A stretch of 64,000 bases of DNA from Spironucleus salmonicida (Eukaryota). Positions 11,965-23,498 of this stretch are shown here, piece after piece. A model generated the notes under the pieces. It did not search any database and was not told the origin of the DNA. It was given only the letters and a program-made list of their open reading frames with translations. The stretch lies in contig NC_090603.1 in the NCBI RefSeq assembly GCF_000497125.1, forward strand, positions 992,001 to 1,056,000, read 5' to 3'. Numbering within the stretch: position 1 is the first letter of the stretch; every line of letters starts with the position of its first letter. The translations under genes and the position numbers were made by a program.

Positions 11965-13935
11965 ATGGCACTATACGTCAGCTCGTCAGAACACGAGTAC
12001 AGGGCCCTGGGTGTTCCGCTAGCGCGATACAGTGCCGAGACTACTAAACTGGTCTAGCTCATGCGTTAGCCTCTGTCCAGAAGTTCGTGCGTGCAGATCG
12101 CCGATTTAGTGAGCGCACTCGGCGTAACCCTGATCTCGGCGCTCGATATTGACCCGGTATCCATGCAGATAATATCCAGTTACTGCATGTGCGCGTGCTT
12201 CCCGTGCCAAGTGGTGCACCAGGCCCTGGAGCGGTATGGGCATCGAGACTTCTCCTTGGTGATCGAGGAGCGTGCAGATATCTTCCTGTTCCACGTAGCC
12301 AACGGGGTTATAACTAAATCTACCAGCTTCGATAATACGCGTAGCGAGATTCGGACCCTTCTTAAAACCATCGCACATAGCGTAACGCGGTATGTCGTAG
12401 TGGAAGGAAGGGCTCCTGCAGTTCGGAAGTATCTGTAGGAGCATATCGAAGCTCTGAATGAAAAGTAGATTCTGGATCTCACGGCTGACTGGGCCATGGC
12501 ATCCCAGGTAGCTACGGAATGCGATAGAGTCAAGATATTGCTCAGCGGGCAGCCAGTTGACGCTAGATAGTTTATTGTGCTGGCAGGAGCTGACGTACGG
12601 ATACAGAAGGGTGCCTTCTCGGCAGTCATAAACTGCTAGCCCGGGGATATGATAATGCAGTCCGGTTGCACGTACTTCAACCACACGCGGAAGGCACCGC
12701 TGGAGTACATCGACACATATGATTCTTCATCGGTCCTAAACCTCCATACCCACCAATTCAGCATGCCTTTTGCATTCTAGGACGAGCAGCTGCACGCCTT
12801 TATCCACCGGGCGCTTGACATGTTTGTTCTGGTGCAAGGTATCCCGTTAGATCTAGCAGACAGCCTGCGGCGCTCAAGCTCGTGCATCGTGGAGGACATG
12901 ATCGTCTTTGAATCATGCCAGACTTACTCAGACGGCGTGTTCACCCTCTACGGTATCTACGACAATTCTCTTGTAGGAGTTGACTGCGTCGCCACGGTGG
13001 AGGGGAGCCTTTTCTAGTTTCTACGAGATTTTCGCATCCAGAACATGGAGGGCCTCCCCTTCCTGCACGTTCACAAAGCTGTGGCCTACGGCGGGTTCAC
13101 GCTGTTCGCCCGGCAGGCAACAGTAGAGACCTTGCAGGAATATTCCTGTCACAGCGAGCGGGCGCTGGTACTGCATGATCTGGTCCAGAAGCTAGCGTTG
13201 CTACGACAGTACGGCGTTACCTTTGCCAACCTGTCTGCTAGGAACGTCCTGGTCACACCTAGTGGCAGTATGCTATTTAACCAGTTCGCACTGGAGCCTG
13301 TCCCAGAGGACGTGACCGTACGCCAGCTAGGGAAAATTGCCCAGGTGATGCTCGAGTTCCATCCTAGGGGCTTCTCCCGCCACGAGATATTACCGCACGC
13401 AACTTACCTCCAGAAGCAGTTCCTTATGCAGGCAGACCTGCCCAGTATCCGGCTGGAGGATCTGCTCGCAAACCCCCTGTTCATGTCTGACGACTAAAAG
13501 GCCCAACTGATGGAGCAGTACCAGAGGTCCAAGGCTGGGTCCTGCCGCTACTTCGAGCGTCTCACTGTCGAGCTCGGCATCGACCCGGTAGGAATTGTGT
13601 GTGGTCTGAAGGAATTCACCCAGACTGGACGCAATGGGGCACATGGTATGGCCGGCGGTGGGGTAGACAACGCGACGCGGTTCGTACGGAACCAGCTTGC
13701 CCACTTCAGCGGCCGCCACGAATACACCTTCAGGCGGAAGCCCGTGCAGTTTTCGGCACCAGGAGAGCTGCTGCGCTTCCTGGAGACTCGAGTCGGAGGA
13801 ATATTCCAGGTCGTGTACGACTGCTACCTGCTAGAGCGCTACGGTATGGAGCTGTTCCGCAGGCACAGTGAGGGAAAGCAGTCAGATCTGGGCAAGCCTC
13901 TTCGCTCTGGTAATGAGGGCAACCGTCTGGTCTGA
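11965..13935 (+). CDS. IRE1/RNase L-family pseudokinase + KEN endoribonuclease domain protein with uncharacterised N-terminal domain
   Basis: A single 656-aa frame joins track ORFs 12091, 12820, 13045 and 13510. Kinase-like segments: GVFTLYGIYDNSLVGVD, ETLQEY, GVTFANLSARNVLV, LLANPLFMS. KEN segments: TRFVRNQLAHF and PGELLRFLETRVGGIFQVVY. Confidence 0.7.
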
Positions 13936-14100
13936 GTCGGTGCCATCGTGATCTGAAATCGGCTCCTGGGATGGGTCGAGCACCGGGACGCCGCGCACGA
14001 GCGGCTCGCGGGAGATCGCGTACTCCTACCTCGCTGGAAGCTTTGGAGTACGAATAGCAGTTAGGGCATCACTGCTAACTATCGGCTGGGAGTCGGCCAT
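13882..14100 (-). CDS. Putative small protein (72 aa)
   Basis: MADSQPIVSSDALTAIRTPKLPARQEYAISREPLVRGVPVLDPSQEPISDHDGTDSDQTVALITRAKRLAQI* fills an otherwise empty GC-rich gap and overlaps the 3' end of the KEN gene by 54 nt. Confidence 0.3.
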
Positions 14101-14168
14101 GATCGCGGAGACCCGCTGCGCGAATGCGTGTCCAGAGGCGTTCATTCGGATTTTGGAGCGGCCCCAGA

Positions 14169-14426
14169 ATGAGCAGGAAGGCCCCCGCATCAACCTACGC
14201 GAAGCCCAACTCGCACTTCGGTCGCTTCCTGCTGGACACCTATCGTACGTATGATCTGGATGCGGTGCGCGATGACTCCGACAGTGAGGTCGCACTAGCG
14301 ATGGCTATACCATTGGAGCGCCTTCACTAGCACGAGACCATAGTGCGGCGGCTTGGCCCCAGAGGAAAGGTTGTTCCGTGCTCACCCTTTGCCTGTATAC
14401 GCTGGCTGGATCGAGTGCTTGAGTGA
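14169..14426 (+). CDS. Putative small protein (85 aa)
   Basis: MSRKAPASTYAKPNSHFGRFLLDTYRTYDLDAVRDDSDSEVAL...RWLDRVLE*. It ends in the AGTGA stop context common to real genes here, 17 nt before the next ATG. Confidence 0.4.
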
Positions 14427-14443
14427 CGTCTTCTCCACTCCAA

Positions 14444-15538
14444 ATGCCAGAGGTCCTAGTGATGGAGATCGGCACCAAGGACCCGGCCACCTCAGATTTC
14501 GTATCGCGCCTGCTCTTTAACTTCCAGGTGATGGACGACAATAAGGCAGCTTAGCAGCGCAAGCTGGTTGGCCGGGTACAGCCGTTCGTGACCGAGGCCG
14601 AGTACGACTTCACGCGGCCATACTTTGAGAACCTCCTACTTATCCAGAGGAATGACGGCAAAGAGCCATAGGCGAACTCCCCTATGCTGTATCGGCGCTA
14701 CTCGGTCTAGACTGCACCGTTCGGCTGCCAGCACTACCTTCGCGCATGCGAGGTGGTCTGCCCCCAGTGTACCGCCCCGTATCCCTGCCGCTTCTGCCAC
14801 GACGAAGAGCAGGACCACGAGCTACCCTTCCGCGAGGTAGCCCGGGTGGTGTGCTGCAGCTGCCAGCTTGAGCAAGACCTGCACCAGGTCTGCGATGGAT
14901 GCGGATAGGTCTTTGGGGACTACTACTGCGAGAAATGCGCCCTCTTCGACAGCCTCGGCAACCAGGCCAAACCCATTTTCCACTCCGGCAGTCTCTGCAG
15001 AGTCGGGGTGGCCGCGTACTACCGGGACTGTACACTCTGCGGTCAGTGTATTCTCCGAGAGTGCTTTGATTCCCACGTATGCAAGCAAGAGGACACTTGC
15101 CCAGTCTGTCTGGGAACCCTCCGTGACTCCATCTACCTAAAATCTGACCTGCCATGCGGCCACCAGCTGCACCAGCACTGCCTCCAGGGGTGCTACGACG
15201 ACGGCAACTACTCCTGCCCGATCTGCAGAAAGAGCACTTTAACTGTAGAAACAAAATAAAAAATAAAAGAGAATTGGCTTAAGTTTATAAAAAAAATTAA
15301 AGTTCCATTATTTTTAAAGGGTTTATATAGTGAAATATCATGTAATGATTGCTAATAAATTTTTATTTGGCCAAAAGTTAATTATGGATACTGCTGTCCA
15401 AACTGTGACAGCCTGAATACGTTTGAAACATAGGCAACAACAAGGGATAATTTCATCAGTTATATTAAAGGAATAGAAGAACCGATAATTAATTATATGG
15501 ATTAATTTGAAGAAGCTTTTGAAAACGATGAGGGGTGA
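14444..15538 (+). CDS. RCHY1: RCHY1/Pirh2-like CHY + CTCHY + RING-H2 + zinc-ribbon E3 ubiquitin ligase
   Basis: CHY GCQHYLRACEVVCPQC...YPCRFCHDE, then FGDYYCEKC, RING CPVCL...LPCGHQLHQHC...YSCPICRKS, and C-terminal CNDC...CPNCDSLNT. 364 aa. Confidence 0.9.
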
Positions 15539-15633
15539 ACCTAAATTATTCGTTTAACTTTGATATTAATTGATTAATTACTGTAATATATATAATAATT
15601 TATATAATAAGGCAGTTTCTAATTTTAATTAAA

Positions 15634-16107
15634 ATGTTATAAAAATTTTAACAAAAAATTAACCAGTCTGATATGAATTGGGTAACCTAAAATATTGATA
15701 TGCTTAATTTACCATTTGAAGATGGTTTTACAGCGTTATAGCATGCAGTTCTCATGAATAATGTTGAAATATCATCACTCCTTATTCATCAAGCAGGTTA
15801 TTAAAGTCTGGAAGGGTTTTCAGCTCTAATGTTAGCAGCATCAAATGATAATACAACTATCATTCCTCTTCTTCTCTAAGCAGAGGCAGGTCTCGTTGAC
15901 TGTGAAGGGAAATCAGCACTTATTTATGCAGTTGAGAAATAAGCTTTAAATTCAATTTAAATTCTTATTAAATATGAGTCAAATTTGGTAGATCGTACTG
16001 GAAAATCTGCAATTTCATATACTACTAATGCCGATATACAAGATTTTTTGGCTTAATTTGAAATTTTGAGACCAACTCATGAATAGTTCCTGGAGGTTTT
16101 TGAATGA
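15634..16107 (+). CDS. Ankyrin-repeat protein (157 aa)
   Basis: Repeats DGFTALQHAV, EGFSALMLAA, EGKSALIYAV and TGKSAISY with LL..EAG linkers typical of diplomonad ankyrin proteins. Confidence 0.88.
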
Positions 16108-16291
16108 TATCAATTTAGAGTAACATATAGTGTATATTAAAAAATATTATACAGTAATTATGTATATATTATTTTAAATGTTAATTTGTCACTTATGGCT
16201 GAATCCAATACTTTCATTATGAAAACGAGAACTACATTATCTAATATTACTTATTTCATGTCAGTATAACCAATAATAACTCTAACAGACT

Positions 16292-17941
16292 TCACTTAAA
16301 ATTCAATCCCTTCCTCATCTTAACTACTTCATTCTCTTTATACATAAACCTGCAAACTGGGCATTTACAATTTCTCCCTGTTAAATCTTTCAAGCATCTA
16401 TCGCAAAAACAATGGCCACAAGGTAATATAATCCCTAAAGGTGTTGTTTTACAAATTTAACAAAAATTCTGCTTTTATAGAATGAAAATCTAACTCTAGT
16501 TAGAATGCTGAACGGTATTAATTTACGTCAAATCCTGGCGTTTTTATTAGATTTATGCATTAATTTCATTATATTATGTATTTTAAGTCAGTATTTCTTA
16601 ATTAACTTAATCTACTGCTTTTTATAATTTTGAAATGAGAGACTCCAATGATTTTGATACTAGTGAGTGTTGGGACTAAACTTATTATGAAATAAGCTCT
16701 TGATTATTACAGTTAAAAACTTTTTAAAGTCTTTATATTTCATCTAATGCTATTGCTAGTTTGTCGTCAAATTTTTGTAATAATGATGTATCGAAAGTCA
16801 ATGCAATTGGCTTCCCAGAAGGAATAAATTTTGGAGGCGGAATTGAAATCTTAGGAATAATAAATACTGATGTTTCTTCTAGAGCATCACACGCTATATT
16901 ATCATCAGATAGACCATTTTCTAGCTAGTGCAGTAAATTTTCGTATTGTGTAATTGATACTGAAACTGTATTATTGAAAAGATGCAGTTCTTCTTCGTTA
17001 ATTGTTTTAGTTGCTTTAAGTGGTACGTGAAAGTCTAGGCTCTATATTACATTAATATTATCTTGTAAAGCTGTTATTTAAGGAATTGTTGTTAATAAAT
17101 TTTTTTATGGTTCTTAAATATTAATTTATATATCCTAAACTTCTTAAATATTTTACGGAATATAAAAATTAATATTTTCTTCTTTTTCTGGTAGTTACAA
17201 ATCGTTCAAAGACTGAATTACTAATTTTAAATCTAATTATTTATTAGATTATATACTGATAATTTTTTCATTTAAGATTTTTATTTATCCTTACAATTCT
17301 CCGTTTGTAATAGTCAATTATTACAACTTTTCACGAGCTACTGATTATAAACATTACCCTTGTTTTAGTCTTCTGCTCCAATCATCTTTGAAAAGGCATA
17401 GAATATTGGATTATATTTCCAATATCTATTACTAATATACAAAATCAATATAACTCTGCTTCAACAATGCCTCCTATGAAATAAAGTAAGTAAATAACGA
17501 CTAAGATATTTACTTTTCATCAGTCAAACTTTATGATTCTGATTCTTCAAACTTCTCTTTAAATTGATTAAATTGACTAATAATATTGTTAATTTTATTT
17601 TTAAAATCTTAAAATGATGTATTATCAGTTGATTAAACTGTTGTAATAATTTTTATCCAAGAAAGGTCAAAATTATGTTCAATTGGCTATTTAATAGTAG
17701 TTGAGAGTAATTACGATTATAATAACATCAACGTTGTTATCCATCCTATATTTTCTAAATTATTCTCTAATTTATCATGTTACGAAAGATATTTATTCTC
17801 TTAGTCTGAAAGTAGATCATGTTGATTGTTTAGTTCATCTTTAAGCTCATTTATCTCTTTTTCATATTATTAAAATGATTTTTCATAACAAAATCTAGCC
17901 TAAAGATAATCAAATTCCGCTCTTTTGATTTCGGAACTCAT
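16292..17941 (-). CDS. Coiled-coil protein with C-terminal C3HC4 RING finger (BRE1-like architecture)
   Basis: C-terminal CQICKTTPLGIILPCGHCFCDRCLKDLTGRNCKCPVC preceded by long Q/E/K/L-rich helical regions. 549 aa. BRE1 orthology is inferred from architecture only. Confidence 0.75.
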
Positions 17942-18020
17942 TATTAAAGTGAAAATATATTTTTTACTTTTATATTATATGTAATATAATAGATCTTAAT
18001 TATTCTGTAAATAAATAATA

Positions 18021-18551
18021 TCACATATCAATCATCTCCCAAAGTTAATCTGTAGCACTTTACGAGTCACTATATTTAATTGGCTTAGCAATTTCTTCAC
18101 TAAGTACATATCCTACTTCTTAATCTTCCCAAAATACTCCTGTTATCTAATGAAATAACTAGCATGCTGCTTCAATTTTTTACTATTCTGACTATTTACT
18201 GGTCGTATTTTTATTAACTTCTTTAGTTAAGCTTTTTAACTGTTCTACTAGGGCATTTCGTTCCGTTAAAAGAGACTTTGCCTCTTTTTTCAAATCAGAA
18301 ACTTGGTTAACTAAATTTGATACTTCTGCATGCTTTTACGTAGGCTCCTATATATTAATTCCTTTTAATTCATTAATAGTTGCCACCTAATCTTTAATTT
18401 GTTATGTTTTTTTCTATTGTTCAAACGAAATTTTTGAATTCAGACCACGCTTCATTTCTAGAATTTAATGTACTACTTAAAGTTCCCCACCAGCTTGTAA
18501 ATCTGTAAGAGCAATTTATAGTGCAGCTGAAACTTCTTTGAATGAATTCAT
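18021..18551 (-). CDS. SPC24: Spc24-like kinetochore (Ndc80 complex) protein
   Basis: 176 aa. An N-terminal coiled coil is followed by LFHQITGVFWEDQEVGYVL...AKPIKY...SATDQLWEMI, matching the Spc24 RWD head pattern (LY..I..I.W...PI...SD.LW.L). Confidence 0.65.
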
Positions 18552-18704
18552 TTATTAATTTTTAAAAAGATTTATAAATAATTAATCTATATAACTAATA
18601 TAATTTAATTTACGAAAAAAACGTATAAAGCAGCTATTCATATTTTAATGATTAAAACCAATTTATAAGGATACTTATACTAATAATAAAGCTATAAATA
18701 ATGA

Positions 18705-19290
18705 TTATAATTTGGGTAATACTGTACTATGTATGGGCTGTAGTTTGGAAAATACTGCTGTCTGGACTGCCGGCTGATTTGCGATCTTGGGGATGAGAAT
18801 AAACCGATCTTTCATTCAAAGGATCAAAACCAGTGCGCAATTGGTATATAAGCTTAATCTATCTACTGTGATAAATGCAACTGGTGCTATCATATGAACT
18901 ACTTCGCAGACCACCAGTGCCGGAAAAGTTATGGAAATTGCTGTTGCTGTCTAGAGGACCTCGATAACAGTAACAAGCCAAAGATAGCGCTCAAGTGTTC
19001 CCACTGTATCCACTTACATTGCTAGTAGATGATACTGGAGGGGAATGACATCAAGTGCCCTGTCTGCAGGAAGTCAATGCTCTGTGAGGAGTAGATAGAT
19101 GATTACAAATACTAGTTCTAAAAACTGCAGGATATGTACTTCTTCTATTCTAACTAGGCAGTATATGGTTGTTATGATTGCGACGAACGGTTTGAGATAT
19201 TCGAGCACCCAGTTGGGGTGTTCTGCATGTATTGTTAGACCCCAAACTGTTATCTCGTGGAAAGGCTGCATGAAAGTTTTGTGGATTTAA
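18705..19290 (+). pseudogene. 5'-truncated RCHY1-like paralogue (CTCHY-RING-zinc ribbon remnant)
   Basis: FGKYCCLDC...KPIFHS...CDKCNWC...HQC, RING CCCCLEDL...LKCSHCIHLHC...KCPVCRKS, and CYDC...CMYCQTPNC. The CHY domain is missing, there is an in-frame TGA at 18702, one Cys is replaced by Tyr, and the frame runs on into AT-rich DNA. Boundaries are approximate. Confidence 0.6.
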
Positions 19291-20031
19291 AGATACTTAC
19301 AGTTGAAATATGCAGGGGTAGAATGTTATTCTATTTTCATAAGCTAGAATTCAAAAATCAAATCTAGGTATATTTCGATTATATCTTGGTTATTTTTAGT
19401 GCAAATATTTACCTAAAAATAATAGTAGATGGCTAAATCATTATTCATAGAGAAGAGATTTTATTAATAACTCACATGCAGCTTAAAATTTCTAAGAAGA
19501 TATTATTGTTATATAAATATTATTTTTATTTATAACGTTAATTTTTAATTTAATCTTTACTAATTATAGCATAAATATTAAATGATTAACATGATTTTAT
19601 ATTTTATTACGTTTCAATTTTGCAATATTTGAAATTTTCTAGTAATACATAATTGATTTATATTTTTAAGAAAATACTTTACTTTTAATGTTAGCTATTT
19701 TTTGTATGCTAACCTTATAATTTTATAAATACTAATAAGAAGTAGATTATATCAATACTCTATAAAGCAGAATGATGGAGTATATTTCTAAGATCATAAG
19801 AATTTTATCTTACTTTAATCTCTCTATAATATAAAGTTTTATAAAAAATATTATATATCAGGATATTTAATATCTATTTACTTCAAGTTATAATTTAAAT
19901 TATATATTAGTATTCAGATTAGAGTTAAATATAACCGTAGTAATAAAAATAATATTTTCATATTAGTCTAACCTTTTTATAAATTAAAATATAATAGATA
20001 TTATACAATATTTCATTTAATCTTTTCAAAA

Positions 20032-20574
20032 ATGAATTTCGATGAACTTCTAACATACCACTGCTAGTTACTTAAAGATATTCCAAAATCATCAAAAATT
20101 TCCGTATTGATAAATTTATATGAGTTATCACCAGTATTATCACCAACTAAATCACTTGGAATTGGAGTGTTTCATTCAGCAGTTGAAATAGGAGGCTATG
20201 AAATAGCTTATGGGGGCACACGATGTGAAGGGACTGGAATATTTTTTGCTAAGCCATTAACAGTACCACATCCTGCTAGATTTTTTAAGCAAATTAATAT
20301 GGGTCCCAGTAAGCTTAATTGCACATAAATAGCAGATTTTTTGATTAAAAATAAAGACATTTTTAGTGGTCTTTCGTATCATATTATTTAAAAAAATTGT
20401 AACCATTTTTCTGAGTTTCTATCTAAGAAATTAAGTGGTAAAAAGCTTCCTGAATACGTAAACAGAATAGCAAAAATTGGGAGTAAAATGGGATGTTTTG
20501 GAGGAATTGGAGAAATTTTAGGGTTTGAAGAGGGGATAGGTCCGGATATTGGAAGATCAAATGATGGAATCTGA
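20032..20574 (+). CDS. PPPDE/DeSI family deSUMOylase/deubiquitinase peptidase
   Basis: VLINLYEL, GIGVFHSAVEIGGYEIAYGG (catalytic His), YHIIQKNCNHFS (catalytic Cys) and LPEYVNRIA. 180 aa. Confidence 0.92.
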
Positions 20575-21452
20575 TAAGATTCATCACACTTACTATAATA
20601 TGTTTTATCTTTTTAGGCGTACTTACAAGAATCATCGTAAAGTTAGGCTTATTCAGTAAATATCTTATAATGCAAATTACATATTACGTTGTAGTTTAAA
20701 AATGCATACTACGTAGTATCTATTTTTAATTATTAACGTTGAAAAATTAAACCAATATTTAAAAGTAAGGTAAAACCAACACAACTTATTTAGTAATAAC
20801 AATCTTAACTGATCTGGTATATTTATATAACAGCCATTTACTTATATCTTGACATGAAATAACTTCATAGATTTTATAGTAATAATGCGTTATTAATTAA
20901 TACAAATACTAAACAAAAGTGTAAAATACTTCTTACATACCTGATATAGTTACTAACATGATACTATTACTATGATTTAGTATGATTTTGTTAGTCTTCT
21001 AATGATTTTTAATTAAGTTATGTTATATATTTGTGATATCATATTTAACATATAAAAATAGTATTAAATATCATTATGTAAATAACGTTTTAAAATATTT
21101 ATTACAAATCTTAACTAAACTCTAAAGTAATTTGCCTCTATTATTATCTGATTGAGATAATATTTTCATAATAAAATAGCAGTAAATTAATCTACACTTT
21201 TAAAAAATTATAATCTTCATGAATAAAAACGAAATAATATAAATATTTAAAACAAATTAGTTATATTGATTCAATTTTTTTAGCTCACAGTGTATTATTT
21301 TATCATCTATCAGCTATCATATCATTTATACTTTAGATAACAAGTATATAATGTTTGTATAAAAAGATCTATTGATAAAATCAAACTTATATTTATTAAC
21401 TATATAAAGATATAATAACTTTATATACACTTCACTATCCATTCCATTAGAA

Positions 21453-22385
21453 ATGCCTTGTGATCATGATTGTAAATGTGAACCTATAGAAGAAGATTAC
21501 TGCTAGGAACAATTTGAAGAATTTTCAGAAGAGACACCTGATGTTTATTCTTAGAAATAAATCATTGGTTTATCTATTGATTCTAATAACTCAAGATTTG
21601 GTGTCCCAGGGTAAGTAAACTTCCGTATCACAAATGTAGCATTAGCACTTACCAATGAATAGCAATGCAAGCATATCATAAGTGTTTCTTATGGAGAATT
21701 TAATGAAAAGTATGTCATTGCAAGATTATTACCGGGTGTAGTCGAAAGCTTAAGCATTGATATTTTAATACCTGCTTCTTTAGTAGAATAATAAATATCT
21801 TTAAGTGTAGAGGGTGGAGACTGTGGTGCAGTTGATGTTGTAGGTATCTTAGAATATGTGAAAAATGAGCCTACACATGAATAATAAAACGAGATTGTGA
21901 ATGATTTCATGGAATCATCTTCAGAGTCCGAATAACCAGTAATCAAAACACTTTAATAATAAAGAGATGAAATGCTTAAAGAGAAGCTATAAAAAGCTGC
22001 AGAAAAGGAAATTTAAAAGGCAAAAGAGATGAAAAATTAAATTCCTGAATTTAGAAACTTTAAATAATTGCAAATGCGTGATGACATTACTGGAAGAGGC
22101 AAAGAATGTAAAGTTGGAAACAAAGTTATGATGAAATATGAATTACGACTTACCAATGAGAAAGGTAAAGTTTTAGATTCTACAAAGGGAAACTAAAAAT
22201 TCAAGTTTACTGTTGGTAGAGGTGAAGTCATTAAAGGATGGGATTTAGGTATTCCAGGAATGAAAGAAGGTGGAAAACGTACTATAATTGTACCTCCCCA
22301 TTTAGGATATGGCGGTTAACAAACTGGTCCAATTCCTGCTAACTCTATTTTATATTTCTCAGTAGAACTTGTTTAAGTGATATGA
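21453..22385 (+). CDS. Nucleoplasmin-like domain + FKBP peptidyl-prolyl isomerase (FKBP39/Fpr3-type histone chaperone)
   Basis: N-terminal FRITNVALA...[18 protein letters not shown] (NPL-like), an acidic linker, and C-terminal [38 protein letters not shown]...[13 protein letters not shown]. 310 aa. Confidence 0.9.
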
Positions 22386-22732
22386 AATTTTATTAATTGA
22401 TTTATTTTTCACTTGTATAATATTATTAAAATAAACTACTATAATAACTGATTGAGAATTTTTATTATTGATTATTTATATACCACTAAAAACATTAACC
22501 ATTTTAGTTCTTTATCGAAGTTAGTTGGGTAAATATTATTATGCTGAAATTATCATTTAAAATACGATATAGGAGTTAGCATCAAAATATTGCAAGAGAA
22601 TAGTAAATTATTCTTAGACAGTAACGATTTACGATTAATTTATACTAAAAATAGAAAATATTATTACAACTATAAAATCAATAACCTACTAAATTAAAAT
22701 ATAAATGATTAAATCGAATAATAAAAATAAAT

Positions 22733-23419
22733 TCATTCCATTCTCTAAAGTAAAATAGCTTAAATAGGATAAAGATTCTTTGGCCATGTATCTGGTATTT
22801 CACTTTCCTTTATGATAAATCCTGCTTGTTTAACAATATCTTCAAAAAGATGGAAGTTTCTTAAAATATTTGCATCTGTTGAATCGAACATGAAACCTTA
22901 TGTGCATAAATTGTCTTTAATTACTATATATTTTGTCATTTTTGCAAAATTTTTGAACATTTATAGCAAATCTTGATCAGTTAGATGCCCTATTACCCAT
23001 TAGATCCAGATTAGATCATATGTTTAATCAATTAGAAACAATTATGCTTCTTAAATATATTTTTATCTAGTACATTTCTAAATGACTGAATATTATTAAT
23101 TGTTTTCGACTGTATCCACACTTATGAATATCTTACTTAAAACATGTTCTGTTACTCTGCCAATCCCAGCACCAACATCTAAACATAGGTTAGCTACTAT
23201 ATCATAATGTTAGAGAATATTTTTAAGATACTTTACACTCCATTGTGTCTCAGGTTCATGTACATATGATAATCCTCCTAACATTCCATCAATTGTAGGG
23301 GAAACGTTACATTGGTAGTGATTTTTTGAAATATTGTAATACTATTAGCTATTTTTCATTTTTTCAACAATTAATTCATAAGATACTTCTTGGTTAGATG
23401 GTATTTGAAGACCTTTCAT
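22733..23419 (-). CDS. NTM1: Alpha-N-terminal protein methyltransferase (NTM1/NTMT1/Tae1)
   Basis: PTIDGMLGG, CLDVGAGIGRVTEHVL, YDLIWIQWVIGHLTD and IVIKDN motifs. 228 aa. Confidence 0.93.
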
Positions 23420-23498
23420 CCATAATAATTAATTCTAATATTACATTTATTAGATAGTAAATATTATTCAATTATATATATATTTACTTTAAATCAGA

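Noticed and set aside
14099-14254. Plus-strand ORF MIAETRCANACPEAF... as the start of RCHY1
   Set aside because: It ends at an in-frame TGA after about 51 codons. The CHY-containing ORF starts at ATG 14444.
11400-15245. GC-rich island as bacterial contamination or a prophage
   Set aside because: The genes use TAG/TAA as Gln and encode eukaryotic domains, and one ORF continues seamlessly into AT-rich DNA.
18648-18704. In-frame TGA at 18702 as selenocysteine read-through into the RING fragment
   Set aside because: The upstream 18 codons show no CHY similarity, I saw no SECIS-like element, and other signs of decay are present.
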